From positions 6,519 to 70,518 of the forward strand of contig DASZYA010000004.1 in assembly GCA_035545675.1 (NCBI GenBank): DNA of 64,000 bases, read 5' to 3'. The stretch comes from Patescibacteria group bacterium. GTDB taxonomy: Bacteria; Patescibacteriota; Microgenomatia; Levybacterales; GWA1-39-11. The notes beneath the pieces are model-generated. The model made no database searches. It was not told the origin of the DNA and saw only the letters and a program-made list of their open reading frames with translations. The translations under genes and the position numbers were made by a program. Of this stretch, positions 38,343 through 47,364 are shown one piece after another. Within the stretch, counting starts at the first letter, position 1, and each line of letters opens with the position of its first letter.

Positions 38343-39158
38343 TTAGCCTGTTATGAATACGGGAATCCAGGATGGGTAGTTTGCATGTAGTAAGGCAAAA
38401 TACAAAATAAAGTCTACCGTGAGATGAATTGCAATTACATAAACAAGATCATTTGTCTTGTTGTAAACCCAGCCTTGCAGGAAACAAAATATAGGAACAA
38501 TAAGAAACCCCCACTCTCTGAATCCCAGCTCGTAAAGAAAAGACGTAAAGACAATGGTTGTAGCAATATTCGCAGTCATAAAGGGAAAATAACGCTTAAG
38601 GATTCCAAGAGTTGTACTTACAAAGAAAAGTTCATCCCAAATTCCTAGAAGATTTGTCCCCAAGAATAAAACAAAAAGGTTCATGAAGCCCGGCATTACT
38701 GGCCAATTGTGATAAACCCCAGAAGTTTTTAGATAAAAAGGAATCATAAGATAAGCAAGTACAAAAGCAAAAAGGATATAACCGTAGCGAATAGGCTTCC
38801 ATTTGTGAGGAATATGAAAGTTGTATTTGATTTTATCTTCTTTGTAGAAAAATCGGGATATAAGAAAAGGTAGAATTAGTGCTAGTCCCAGTGCTCCACC
38901 CATGGCTACAATATGCTCCGGGCTGATATTGGTTGAAATTGGGGTCACACCCATAATGGAAATGCTTATAAAAGGAAGAAATAGCTCGCGAGCGGCTGTT
39001 CTCTTGTTAAGAATCCAAGTAAGTGCCGTTCCACACACTATGGCAATCCACCCTGCTATATGCTGTTGGAGACCTATTAATAGAACTCCTGAGAGACATA
39101 TAAAAAATAGACTAATATATTTTGCGTAAGTTTGGTTTTTCATTTGCTTAAGATTCAT
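38343..39158 (-). CDS. CPBP (CAAX/Abi) family intramembrane protease-like protein
   Basis: WDELFF, FLYELGF, IAIH; multi-TM. Confidence 0.7.
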   Translation of the reverse strand: MNLKQMKNQTYAKYISLFFICLSGVLLIGLQQHIAGWIAIVCGTALTWILNKRTAARELFLPFISISIMGVTPISTNISPEHIVAMGGALGLALILPFLISRFFYKEDKIKYNFHIPHKWKPIRYGYILFAFVLAYLMIPFYLKTSGVYHNWPVMPGFMNLFVLFLGTNLLGIWDELFFVSTTLGILKRYFPFMTANIATTIVFTSFLYELGFREWGFLIVPIFCFLQGWVYNKTNDLVYVIAIHLTVDFILYFALLHANYPSWIPVFITG

Positions 39159-39208
39159 GAATTATATGAAATTGCGTGCGTAGTTGTAAATTGTTAGGGT
39201 GATATAAT

Positions 39209-39460
39209 ATGTTTATGGCAAAAAAAACAAAAACAGAAACGTTTGAGATAAAAGGCGAAGAGCTTCTCAAGAAAATAAAGGAATTGATAAAAGAAGGAAA
39301 CGTAAGAAGAATTATTATCAAAGATAAATTTGGAAAAACAATTATAGAACTTCCCCTAACTGTTGGCGTGGTTGGCGCTGTACTCGCCCCTAGCTTTGCA
39401 GCAATCGGAGCAATAGCCGCCCTAATTGCTGAATGTACAATTATTGTTGAAAGAGAATAG
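39209..39460 (+). CDS. DUF4342 family protein
   Basis: IKEGNVRRIII...ELPLTVG...CTIIVER. Confidence 0.85.
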   Translation: MFMAKKTKTETFEIKGEELLKKIKELIKEGNVRRIIIKDKFGKTIIELPLTVGVVGAVLAPSFAAIGAIAALIAECTIIVERE

Positions 39461-39473
39461 TTAACAAATAATT

Positions 39474-40109
39474 ATGGATTCTATTAAAGAAAAAATAGAA
39501 GAATTCTTCTCCAAATATAAAATCCAAAAATATAAAAAGGGAGAAATTTTGGTTCGTGCCGGAGATGACCCTGCTGGCATTTTCTATCTTAAATCTGGAC
39601 TTGTTCGAGAATACGCAATTTCCAAGACCGGGGAAGAGGTTGTTGTAAATATATTTAAGACCGGGGCTTTTTTCCCAATGTCTTTTGCAATTAACAAAAC
39701 TCCCAACACATATTTTTTTGAGGCCATGGAAGATCTTATTCTAGTACGAGCGCCAAGTGAGGATGTTGTTGAATTCATAAAAACAAATTCAGACGTTTTA
39801 TTTGACCTTCTTAGACGTGTATATCTGGGAACAGATGGATTATTATCTCGTATGGCTTATCTAATGTCTGGAAGTGCAAGCGAAAGGTTGATTATTGAGC
39901 TTATAATTACTGCCAAAAGATTTGGTACCAAAGAAAGTAGCGAAATTATGGTTAGTACTACAGAAAAAGATCTTGCAACTCAAACCGGAATCACGCGCGA
40001 GACCGTAAGTAGAGAAATAAAAAAACTTAAAGACAAAGGGCTAATAGATTTTGGAAAGCATAGTCTTGTAATAAAGGATATAGCAAAGCTAGAGGAAGAG
40101 ATCTATTAA
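39474..40109 (+). CDS. Crp/Fnr family transcriptional regulator
   Basis: cNMP-fold N-terminus; HTH LATQTGITRETVSREIKKL. Confidence 0.92.
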   Translation: MDSIKEKIEEFFSKYKIQKYKKGEILVRAGDDPAGIFYLKSGLVREYAISKTGEEVVVNIFKTGAFFPMSFAINKTPNTYFFEAMEDLILVRAPSEDVVEFIKTNSDVLFDLLRRVYLGTDGLLSRMAYLMSGSASERLIIELIITAKRFGTKESSEIMVSTTEKDLATQTGITRETVSREIKKLKDKGLIDFGKHSLVIKDIAKLEEEIY

Positions 40110-40456
40110 TTAATAGATTTAGTTATTACTTCTCCAGTTGGTTGAATTCTTCTCCTTATCCTCCCATCTGGAAGTCCTGTTGGAAGTAAGTATCCTTGCC
40201 AATTACCCTCCCCAATAAATAATTCTAAGTGTTTGAGGTCTACAAAATCCGGTTCATTTTTTACTTCATAAAGCCTATAGGGGCCAGCAGAAACTGTGAG
40301 TCTTGGATTAAACTTTTTTTTGGTTGCAACCAAAATATCTCCAATCTCTTCTGCTTCTATCCATGCGAATCTATCCTTTTCATCTAGTGTAAGTATTTTT
40401 GTTTTATCAAAGGTTTCTATCAGAGAATATTTTCCTTGTTTTATTAGTCTTATCAT
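40106..40456 (-). CDS. Hypothetical protein
   Basis: 116-aa ORF; WQGYLLPTGLP motif; -10 TATATT upstream. Confidence 0.6.
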   Translation of the reverse strand: MIRLIKQGKYSLIETFDKTKILTLDEKDRFAWIEAEEIGDILVATKKKFNPRLTVSAGPYRLYEVKNEPDFVDLKHLELFIGEGNWQGYLLPTGLPDGRIRRRIQPTGEVITKSIN

Positions 40457-40490
40457 AGAGTCAAATATATACTTCTTGTAGATAGAAATA

Positions 40491-40506
40491 TGTGATTTTA
40501 ATCACT
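40491..40506. promoter_or_regulatory. Putative Crp/Fnr-family site
   Basis: TGTGA-TTTTAA-TCACT centred 42.5 bp upstream of ATG 40456, next to the crp/fnr gene. Confidence 0.7.
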
Positions 40507-40562
40507 CTAATTTATTGATTTATTTCATCGATTCAATCTCTTAATAGTTTTAATATTGGTTT

Positions 40563-40682
40563 ATGAGAAAGATGAGAAAAGAAAGTAGAAATTTTTTAAG
40601 AGAAATTTTAGAAGAAATTGAACTAACAATTGCACCGTTTATCAGAATTTTAATGATAAATCCAAATAAGAAATATGTTTAA
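40563..40682 (+). CDS. Possible 39-aa peptide
   Basis: MRKMRKESRNFLREILEEIELTIAPFIRILMINPNKKYV; overlaps next start. Confidence 0.3.
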   Translation: MRKMRKESRNFLREILEEIELTIAPFIRILMINPNKKYV

Positions 40683-40881
40683 CAAAATATATACATTTTT
40701 AAATAAAGTTCAAGCCCTCACTCTTTTTATGGGACTATTTATAGTTTTTGCTGTAATTCACAATTTGTTTTATGGATTTTTAAGTTTTGAGGAGCCCGTA
40801 TTTTTTGTTTTAGCTCTATTTTTCTTATTCATGTCATTTATATGTTTAATTTTTCAGGTTAGAACAAAGAAGGTTTTCTAG
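40675..40881 (+). CDS. Small membrane protein
   Basis: Two TMs; HNLFYG..EEPVFF motif. Confidence 0.55.
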   Translation: MFNKIYTFLNKVQALTLFMGLFIVFAVIHNLFYGFLSFEEPVFFVLALFFLFMSFICLIFQVRTKKVF

Positions 40882-40903
40882 GCAGAGATTGGAGGTGAAT
40901 CAT

Positions 40904-41098
40904 ATGGTTTATGAAATAACAGTTCCAGATTATCAGAGAATAATTAAGAAAGAACAAAAGAAAACATTGCTTGAGCAGCTTAAGGCAATACTTTGGGGAA
41001 GGAACAAGACTCCAGATTTTGAAGATGGGGAACCAACGGATGAGCCTGACGAAGAAGGTTATAGGGTAAATTACCCAGCATATAACAGGGTTCATTAA
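40904..41098 (+). CDS. Small hypothetical protein
   Basis: Strong SD GGAGGTG before ATG 40904. Confidence 0.5.
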   Translation: MVYEITVPDYQRIIKKEQKKTLLEQLKAILWGRNKTPDFEDGEPTDEPDEEGYRVNYPAYNRVH

Positions 41099-41139
41099 CG
41101 GGTCTATTGTTATGGTTAAAATTTGGCTATACTTTTTGT

Positions 41140-41754
41140 ATGGGTAAAATCGCGGGAGTTTTATTTGCTTTAGCTGGCTTTGTAATCTTAATGGGTATCA
41201 CAACTGCTGAATCTTTTTATCCAGGCTATAATCTTCACAGTAGTTATATTAGTTGGCTTGGAGCCACGCCTCCGCCAAACATTATTATTAAGCAGCCTTC
41301 TGCAACCATCTTTGATTTATCTATGGTTTTTGCAGGGATTTTAATTCTTGCCGGAGGAATATTCTTTTATCGTAGATATGGAAACAAGATCCTTTTTGCT
41401 CCGATTCTTTTTATGGGCTTAGGAACTCTTGGAGTTGGTTTGTTTCCAGCTTCTCATGCATCTATTCATCCCTTGATTGCTGGGATCGCTTTTGCTGCAG
41501 GAGGAATTGCAGGGATTCTCTCTTATAGAAAAACCACTGCTCCATTTAGGTATTTGGCTCTGGTTCTTGGATTGGTGACTCTCGGCTTTTTAATACTTGG
41601 GATCCTTGATCCAAAAATCCTCTCTCCGCTTGGTATTGGGGGAGCTGAACGTTGGGTTGCTTACCCAATAACTATTTGGCTAATTTTATTTGGAGGATAT
41701 CTCATGGGTCCAAGACCTACCTCAAAAGCTTCTAAAATCAAAAGTAAAAGATAG
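41140..41754 (+). CDS. DUF998 family membrane protein
   Basis: YPGY...ISWLG, GVGLFP, GGAERW. Confidence 0.8.
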   Translation: MGKIAGVLFALAGFVILMGITTAESFYPGYNLHSSYISWLGATPPPNIIIKQPSATIFDLSMVFAGILILAGGIFFYRRYGNKILFAPILFMGLGTLGVGLFPASHASIHPLIAGIAFAAGGIAGILSYRKTTAPFRYLALVLGLVTLGFLILGILDPKILSPLGIGGAERWVAYPITIWLILFGGYLMGPRPTSKASKIKSKR

Positions 41755-41813
41755 GGCTTGATAGCGCCCAAAACCCTCATTTGTAAGAGCAATTTAGACC
41801 TATAGCATGCCAC

Positions 41814-41842
41814 TTTACAGTAGGATTCACTTATGATATATT
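41814..41842 (+). promoter_or_regulatory. Sigma70 promoter for the ppsA leader
   Basis: TTTACA 41814-41819, 17 bp spacer, TATATT 41837-41842 preceded by TG. Confidence 0.55.
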
Positions 41843-41848
41843 CCACCT

Positions 41849-42183
41849 ATAGGAAAGATGTTTAGCCGCTATTTTGCATGGCGGTAATGAACGCTTTCTT
41901 TTTTTTGGTTTTGCAGAATTCGTGCCTAAAATTGCATTTAGGTTTTGAGCTTTGCATTCGCACTTTGAAAACTAGATTTTTGGAAAGAAAATAATTTTAA
42001 TTTTTAATATATGTAACGCAGAATTTTGACTGCGGCGCTCTAGAAATAAAACGCATTGTTTTTAGAAGGCCGTGGTCAAAGTGGCTAATTGACTAAATAT
42101 AAGGCATAGAAAGGATATAGCCAACCAAAAGGGACATGTAGACAGCAATATCGTTACGTGAATAGTTCTTTAAGGACCGAACA
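41849..42183 (+). other. Long structured 5' leader with terminator-like hairpin and boxA-like motif
   Basis: Hairpin 41851-41899 plus T-run; hairpin ~41912-41955; GCACTTTGAAAACT 41960-41973; further stems CGCAG/CTGCG and TGGCTA/TAGCCA. Confidence 0.5.
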
Positions 42184-44547
42184 TTGAATAGGACAGATCG
42201 TTCCGACCCGCCAGTCAACGAGACCTTCAAGACCTTCGTTACGCCTTATGTTGCTCCCTTCGAGCGATTCGGGCAGAACGACGGCAGAGAGGTCGGCGGC
42301 AAGGTAGCCAACATCGGTGAGATGATTCGGGCAGAAATACCCGTACCCGATGGGTTCGCCATCAAGGTGAGCGCATGGGATCGTTTCATCGAGTACAACA
42401 ACCTGATGCCGCGCATCCTCGAACTTCACGAGGGTCTCGACTTCAGGAACGAAGGCGAGCGTCATGAGCGCTCAAATCACCTCATGGCACTCATTAAGGG
42501 TGCTAGTATGCCTCCGGATGTCGCTCAAGACATCAGGCAGGCGTACCGTCTGCTCTCTGGTTCGACCGACGTACGAGTGGCGGTAAGATCTTCGGCTACG
42601 GCTGAGGACCTTGCTAAAGCTTCGAGCGCCGGCGAGTACGACTCCAAGCTCAACGTTTACGGAGAGGTGGACGTCGTAGTTGCAGTACAGGCGGTATTCG
42701 CGTCAGTGTTCACTGCTCGCGCGATGCTCTATCGCGATCAAAACGGCATTCCCTTCACGGGAGTTAAGATGGCCGTTGCGGTTATGAGGATGGTTCAGTC
42801 CGTAAGGTCTGCCATCGTTTTCACCGCGGACCGCATTTCCGGCAACCGAAACGTTATGTCGATGACAATCGGCATGGGTCTCGGCGAGACGCTGGTCCAG
42901 AGCACGGTTACTGCCGACTTCATCAAGGTCGACAGGGCGAGGCGCACGATCATTTCCAGGATAATCGGTAGTCAAACTCACCAGATGGTGTGGTCCGATG
43001 ACCTGCGAAAGAACATCGACGTTGAGATCGAACCCGAACTCCGGGACGCTCCCAAGGCCGATGAGGTGCAGACCCTGGATTTGGCCGACATCTGCGAAAT
43101 GGTGGAACGACACTACGGGCGTCCCCGCGACATCGAAGCCGCGATGGCCCCCAATGGTCGTTGGTACATCGTTCAGTCACGTGACTGTACGACTCCCCTG
43201 ATCGAGGACGAGCCCGAACCGGCAGTCGCGCTCAGGCCGTTTGTTACTGGTATCGAAGCTTCCGCAGGGATTGCTTCGGGCCCAGTTCGAATCATCCGGA
43301 CGCTGCAAGATCTTCACGCGTTCAGCGAGGGAGATATTCTCGTCACCGAGATGACCACTCCCGACATGCTTGACGAGATGGAGCTGGCCGCCGCCGTTGT
43401 TGCGGAAATCGGTACCTCCAACTCGCATGCTGCAATCGTTTGCGGAGAGATGGAAACCCCATGTGTTGTGGGAGCGGACGGAGTTATGTCTCTCCTTCGC
43501 GATGGGGACATCATCACCGTGGATGGTAGCCATGGCAAGGTGTATAGGGGAGAAATTCCTGAGCTCTTGGCCTGGCACGATCGGCGTGAAGCTCGGCTGA
43601 CCAAGCTGGCAGAAGAAGGTGAGAAGGTAAAAACCCGCACAAAGATTGGGTTGATCGCCGCCACGCCTCGAGCTGCTGTCAAGCTGGCCCGCCGAAACGT
43701 CGACATGGTATGTCTCTATCGTACGGAGCTAGCGGTTAGCCGCCTCAAGTTGCACCCTCGCGTCTTCGACGCTCAGGGCCGACGAGAGGTGTTCATTCGA
43801 AGCCTGGTTGACTCCATGTCTGCCTACTGCGAGGCATTTTTTCCCCGTTACCTTGCAGATAACAGCAAGGGCCTCGTGGTCGTTCGGACTCTCGACTACA
43901 AAGATGACGAGATGGCTCGACTCGAAGGCTCGGAGCTGTACGAAAAGCCCGGCAAGAACTTTATGCTGGGTAAGCGGGGACTTTTCCGTTACGAATGGGA
44001 TCATGTTACACACGAGATGGAGACTGAGGCACTCAAACGAGTCGCCCAGAAGTATCCTAACCTCGTCGTGATGGTGCCGTTCCCGCGGACGCCCGAAGAA
44101 CTCGGACGTGTCACCGCCAAGTTGGTTGAGCGAGGCCTCAATGTCCCTCTGTGGGCTATGGCTGAGGTACCGCTAACCATTATGTATCTCGAGGAGTTTG
44201 TTGATGCTTGCCAAGGCCGACTCAAGGGTCTGTCGATCGGTAGCAACGATGCGCTTCAGGGACTCATGATGGTTGACCGCGAAGATCCAATTCTCGCCGC
44301 CCACGCTGAGTACTCGGAGAACCATCCGCTCATGCGTCGGACTTTCGTCGACATCGTTCGTCGAGGTAAGGCAAGGGGTCTCACGGTCAGTCTGTGTGGT
44401 AATGCTGTCAGCAAATTCCCGGAAATCGCCGCGGATTTGGTGGAAGCAGGAATTGATTCCATTGGGGTTGATCCGCGCAAGGCTGACATCGTTCGCAACA
44501 TCGTCAAGGAGACTGAGGAGAGGCTCGGCATTACGCTCGAAGCATAA
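42184..44547 (+). CDS. ppsA: Phosphoenolpyruvate synthase (pyruvate, water dikinase), divergent and GC-rich
   Basis: VGGK, VAVRSSATAEDL, phospho-His SHAAIV, SIGSND, SLCG; TTG start after AAGGA. Confidence 0.85.
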   Translation: MNRTDRSDPPVNETFKTFVTPYVAPFERFGQNDGREVGGKVANIGEMIRAEIPVPDGFAIKVSAWDRFIEYNNLMPRILELHEGLDFRNEGERHERSNHLMALIKGASMPPDVAQDIRQAYRLLSGSTDVRVAVRSSATAEDLAKASSAGEYDSKLNVYGEVDVVVAVQAVFASVFTARAMLYRDQNGIPFTGVKMAVAVMRMVQSVRSAIVFTADRISGNRNVMSMTIGMGLGETLVQSTVTADFIKVDRARRTIISRIIGSQTHQMVWSDDLRKNIDVEIEPELRDAPKADEVQTLDLADICEMVERHYGRPRDIEAAMAPNGRWYIVQSRDCTTPLIEDEPEPAVALRPFVTGIEASAGIASGPVRIIRTLQDLHAFSEGDILVTEMTTPDMLDEMELAAAVVAEIGTSNSHAAIVCGEMETPCVVGADGVMSLLRDGDIITVDGSHGKVYRGEIPELLAWHDRREARLTKLAEEGEKVKTRTKIGLIAATPRAAVKLARRNVDMVCLYRTELAVSRLKLHPRVFDAQGRREVFIRSLVDSMSAYCEAFFPRYLADNSKGLVVVRTLDYKDDEMARLEGSELYEKPGKNFMLGKRGLFRYEWDHVTHEMETEALKRVAQKYPNLVVMVPFPRTPEELGRVTAKLVERGLNVPLWAMAEVPLTIMYLEEFVDACQGRLKGLSIGSNDALQGLMMVDREDPILAAHAEYSENHPLMRRTFVDIVRRGKARGLTVSLCGNAVSKFPEIAADLVEAGIDSIGVDPRKADIVRNIVKETEERLGITLEA

Positions 44548-44779
44548 CTCTGATGTCTGTTCAGTGAGCCCGCCCGAGTTTCAGGACGAGATAAGCTCAC
44601 AGCTTCCTGATCACGGTGTGACGCGTTACGTAGGTGTCTCACCTGCAGGAAGAGATCTTTGGCATAAGCCAGATCAATCCGAGGCCTTAGGTCTCACTCC
44701 GGCGTCTCGCCAAGTTCGCGCAAGGCGCCACCATCGGGTCCCCAAAAGGACAAGCCCGACTCTTTCCAGAGTCTAGATC
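44548..44779 (+). ncRNA. Putative highly structured 3' RNA of unknown family
   Basis: Consecutive stems GTGAGC/GCTCAC, CTTCCTG/CAGGAAG, GATCT/AGATC, GAGGCC/GGTCTC, GGCGTCT/AGGCGCC, TCGGG/CCCGA, GACTCT/AGAGTC. Confidence 0.45.
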
Positions 44780-44844
44780 ATCCCCTGCCGTTTGGTAGAC
44801 CGCTTGCGTATGCGAGTTGTTGCCATTCGGCGGGGGATTTTTTT
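44780..44844 (+). terminator. Long-stem intrinsic terminator
   Basis: ATCCCCTGCCG ... CGGCGGGGGAT followed by a T run. Confidence 0.8.
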
Positions 44845-44887
44845 GGGGAAAATTGAAAAAATAAAAATCTTCTATATAATCCACAAT

Positions 44888-45385
44888 ATGCCAAAAGAAA
44901 CACAGCAAGAAATAAAGCTTAGGTTATTCCATGAGAATGCAGATAGATTTTATAGACCTCCCCTGATGATGGATATTGCCTTAGAAGAAGCTAGAAGAAG
45001 AAGGTTACAGTCGAGATTTACGAATAAAGATCTTTTTGAGGCAGCACTAGGTACTTATGCAGTTATTAAGCAACAAGATATTCATGACATGTTAGAACCT
45101 CAAGAACATGTATATCCTTGGACAGAATCTACTTCTCCTGTTGAGTCGGATGATATAGAGGCAGGTCCGGTAATTCTTTTTGCAGAGCAAGAGCCGTCTG
45201 TTCCACATCTTCCAAGACTTGAACATGTAACTCTTGATATTGGAGAGGCGAGTTATAATTTTGATAGGAATATTAGTGGTGTAGTTACATCATATGTTAA
45301 TCAGAGGGAACAAAGTCTTGCCCCAGAAGAAGCAAGGGATATTGTTGAAATTCTTTACAGAATGCTTGTAGTCAACGCTAGATAG
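44888..45385 (+). CDS. Hypothetical protein
   Basis: TATAAT immediately upstream; host-like composition resumes. Confidence 0.55.
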   Translation: MPKETQQEIKLRLFHENADRFYRPPLMMDIALEEARRRRLQSRFTNKDLFEAALGTYAVIKQQDIHDMLEPQEHVYPWTESTSPVESDDIEAGPVILFAEQEPSVPHLPRLEHVTLDIGEASYNFDRNISGVVTSYVNQREQSLAPEEARDIVEILYRMLVVNAR

Positions 45386-45387
45386 AT

Positions 45388-45960
45388 TTAAAAAGTGGGA
45401 TCTAATTTTACACTTTGAACTAAAGTCTTTGCATCTGCTTCATATTGTCCCCAGTTTTTAACTAGAGTTTCAAAGTTTACTATATATAATTTATCTGTCC
45501 TCTCATTTCCAGTTACTTCCATGTAGTTCATTTTTGGTTTAAAGGCAACATTTCCCATTGGTGTTCCTCCTGTCTCGAATAGTCCTCCAACGGTGAATAA
45601 AAATCTATTATTAGTATCACGCCTTCTTATAAGAGGCCCTCGGAGTTTCATAAATGGAGATTTCATTAAATTTTCTGCATAGTCAAAGACGCCAGCCTTA
45701 TAAAGTGCGCTGAGATTATCTATTGCGCCAACTTGAAAAAGCGTTTTGTTAGCGTCTTTACTTGATGTTATTATCGTTCGTTTATCTAGGATTACAGTAG
45801 GCGTTTTTGCTAATTGATCAGGACTCATTGTAAAGGCATAAGAGTTATTAGCCTCTGATTCGCGCGCATTCCATGTGTCAGGAACTAAAATTTCCGCATG
45901 AATACTGGGTAGTGATTTGGGCACAAGTCTAAGAGCTGTTTCTTTCTGATCTATGGTCAT
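45388..45960 (-). CDS. Hypothetical protein (possibly PsbP-like fold)
   Basis: VPDTW near N-terminus, terminal LVQSVKL. Confidence 0.5.
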   Translation of the reverse strand: MTIDQKETALRLVPKSLPSIHAEILVPDTWNARESEANNSYAFTMSPDQLAKTPTVILDKRTIITSSKDANKTLFQVGAIDNLSALYKAGVFDYAENLMKSPFMKLRGPLIRRRDTNNRFLFTVGGLFETGGTPMGNVAFKPKMNYMEVTGNERTDKLYIVNFETLVKNWGQYEADAKTLVQSVKLDPTF

Positions 45961-46025
45961 AAGGTAAATTATATTATAGGTTTAGACTAATATCAAACAA
46001 TTCAATTAGTAGTGGGAGATGTAGA

Positions 46026-47246
46026 TTATTCGAGGTAGTCGCGGAGTTTATTACCTCTACTTGGATGACGAAGTTTTCTGAGTGCTTTTGCTTCAATTTG
46101 TCTTATACGTTCACGTGTAACCGCAAACATTTTTCCTACTTCTTCCAAAGTCTTTGGTTTTCCGTCCCTAAGCCCAAATCTTTCTTCTAATACGCGTCTC
46201 TCACGATCAGAAAGAGTCGAAAGAACTGCGTTGAGCTGCTCTTTTAGAAGTCCACGAGATGCTGTATCAAACAAAGTTGGAGCTGTAATATCATAAATAA
46301 AGTCACCAAGATATGAATCTTCCTCGTCTCCTACTGGAGTATCAAGAGATGCTGGCTGTTGGCTAATTTTGATGATCTCACGAGCTTTATCTGGCTCTAT
46401 TTCAAGAATTTCTGATATTTCTTCTGGACTTGGTTGACGGCCAAGCTCTTGCATGAGTTTTCTTTGAACTCTCATAAATCTATTGATGTTTTCAACCATG
46501 TGAACAGGAATACGAATTGTTCTTGCCTGGTCTGCAATTGCACGAGTTATAGCCTGTCTAATCCACCAAGTAGCATAGGTTGAGAATTTAAATCCTTTTT
46601 TCCAGTCATACTTTTCAACAGCACGGATCAATCCCTGGTTTCCTTCTTGAATGAGATCGAGTAATGTCATTCCACGTCCCACATATTTCTTAGCAATAGA
46701 AACAACAAGTCTAAGATTACTTTCAACAAGCTTCTTGCGAGCTTTTTGATCTCCTTTTTCAATACGTTTTGCAAGTTCTACCTCTTCTGGGAAGGTAAGA
46801 AGTGGAATTCTTCCAATTTCTTTGAGATACATGCGGACTGGATCAGTAACTGCTCCACCCTGGATGATATTAAGTGCTTCTAATTCACGTTCAAGATCTT
46901 CAATTGATCTTTGTGAATCTTTTTCTTCTTCTACTGTTTCAAATATATCTATACCCTTTTTGAGTAATTGATCATAAAGATAATCAAGATCAGCTATATG
47001 ATCTTCTGGTTTTTGAAATGCATTTAATATTTCCTCTTGGGATATATAGCCACGTTTCTTTGCAAGAGCTAGTAGATCTTCAATTTTGGAGTGTTTTGGA
47101 GTATTGGTTCCTCCCTTTTCTTTTGTAGCTTTTGTTTTTACAACAACTTCTTCCTCAACCTTTTTAGCAGCTGTTTTTTTGGCGGCCTTTTCTTTAGTTG
47201 ATGGGGATTTTTTGGTTTTTACCACAGAATTAGAAACCTTAGGCAT
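46026..47246 (-). CDS. rpoD: Primary sigma factor RpoD
   Basis: [52 protein letters not shown]. Confidence 0.97.
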   Translation of the reverse strand: MPKVSNSVVKTKKSPSTKEKAAKKTAAKKVEEEVVVKTKATKEKGGTNTPKHSKIEDLLALAKKRGYISQEEILNAFQKPEDHIADLDYLYDQLLKKGIDIFETVEEEKDSQRSIEDLERELEALNIIQGGAVTDPVRMYLKEIGRIPLLTFPEEVELAKRIEKGDQKARKKLVESNLRLVVSIAKKYVGRGMTLLDLIQEGNQGLIRAVEKYDWKKGFKFSTYATWWIRQAITRAIADQARTIRIPVHMVENINRFMRVQRKLMQELGRQPSPEEISEILEIEPDKAREIIKISQQPASLDTPVGDEEDSYLGDFIYDITAPTLFDTASRGLLKEQLNAVLSTLSDRERRVLEERFGLRDGKPKTLEEVGKMFAVTRERIRQIEAKALRKLRHPSRGNKLRDYLE

Positions 47247-47304
47247 AAGTTATACCTATTCTACTCTCAATTTGTGCTTAAAGCAAGGGTACGATTGGGT
47301 GTTG

Positions 47305-47364
47305 GGTCTTAGTTCTTGATTTTTGGTTTTTCCTAAGATCTAGGATCTAATAACCAAGATCTAG
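47305..47364. repeat. Inverted degenerate heptamer arms (GxTCTTA / AGATCTA) between dnaG and rpoD
   Basis: ggtctta gttcttg atttttg ... aagatct aggatct aataacc aagatct. Confidence 0.6.

Noticed and set aside
19247-39158. Integron or prophage
   Set aside because: No integrase, attC-like sites or phage structural genes seen
42154-44908. Many overlapping alternative ORFs within and after ppsA
   Set aside because: Expected shadow ORFs in GC-rich, stop-poor sequence; no recognisable motifs
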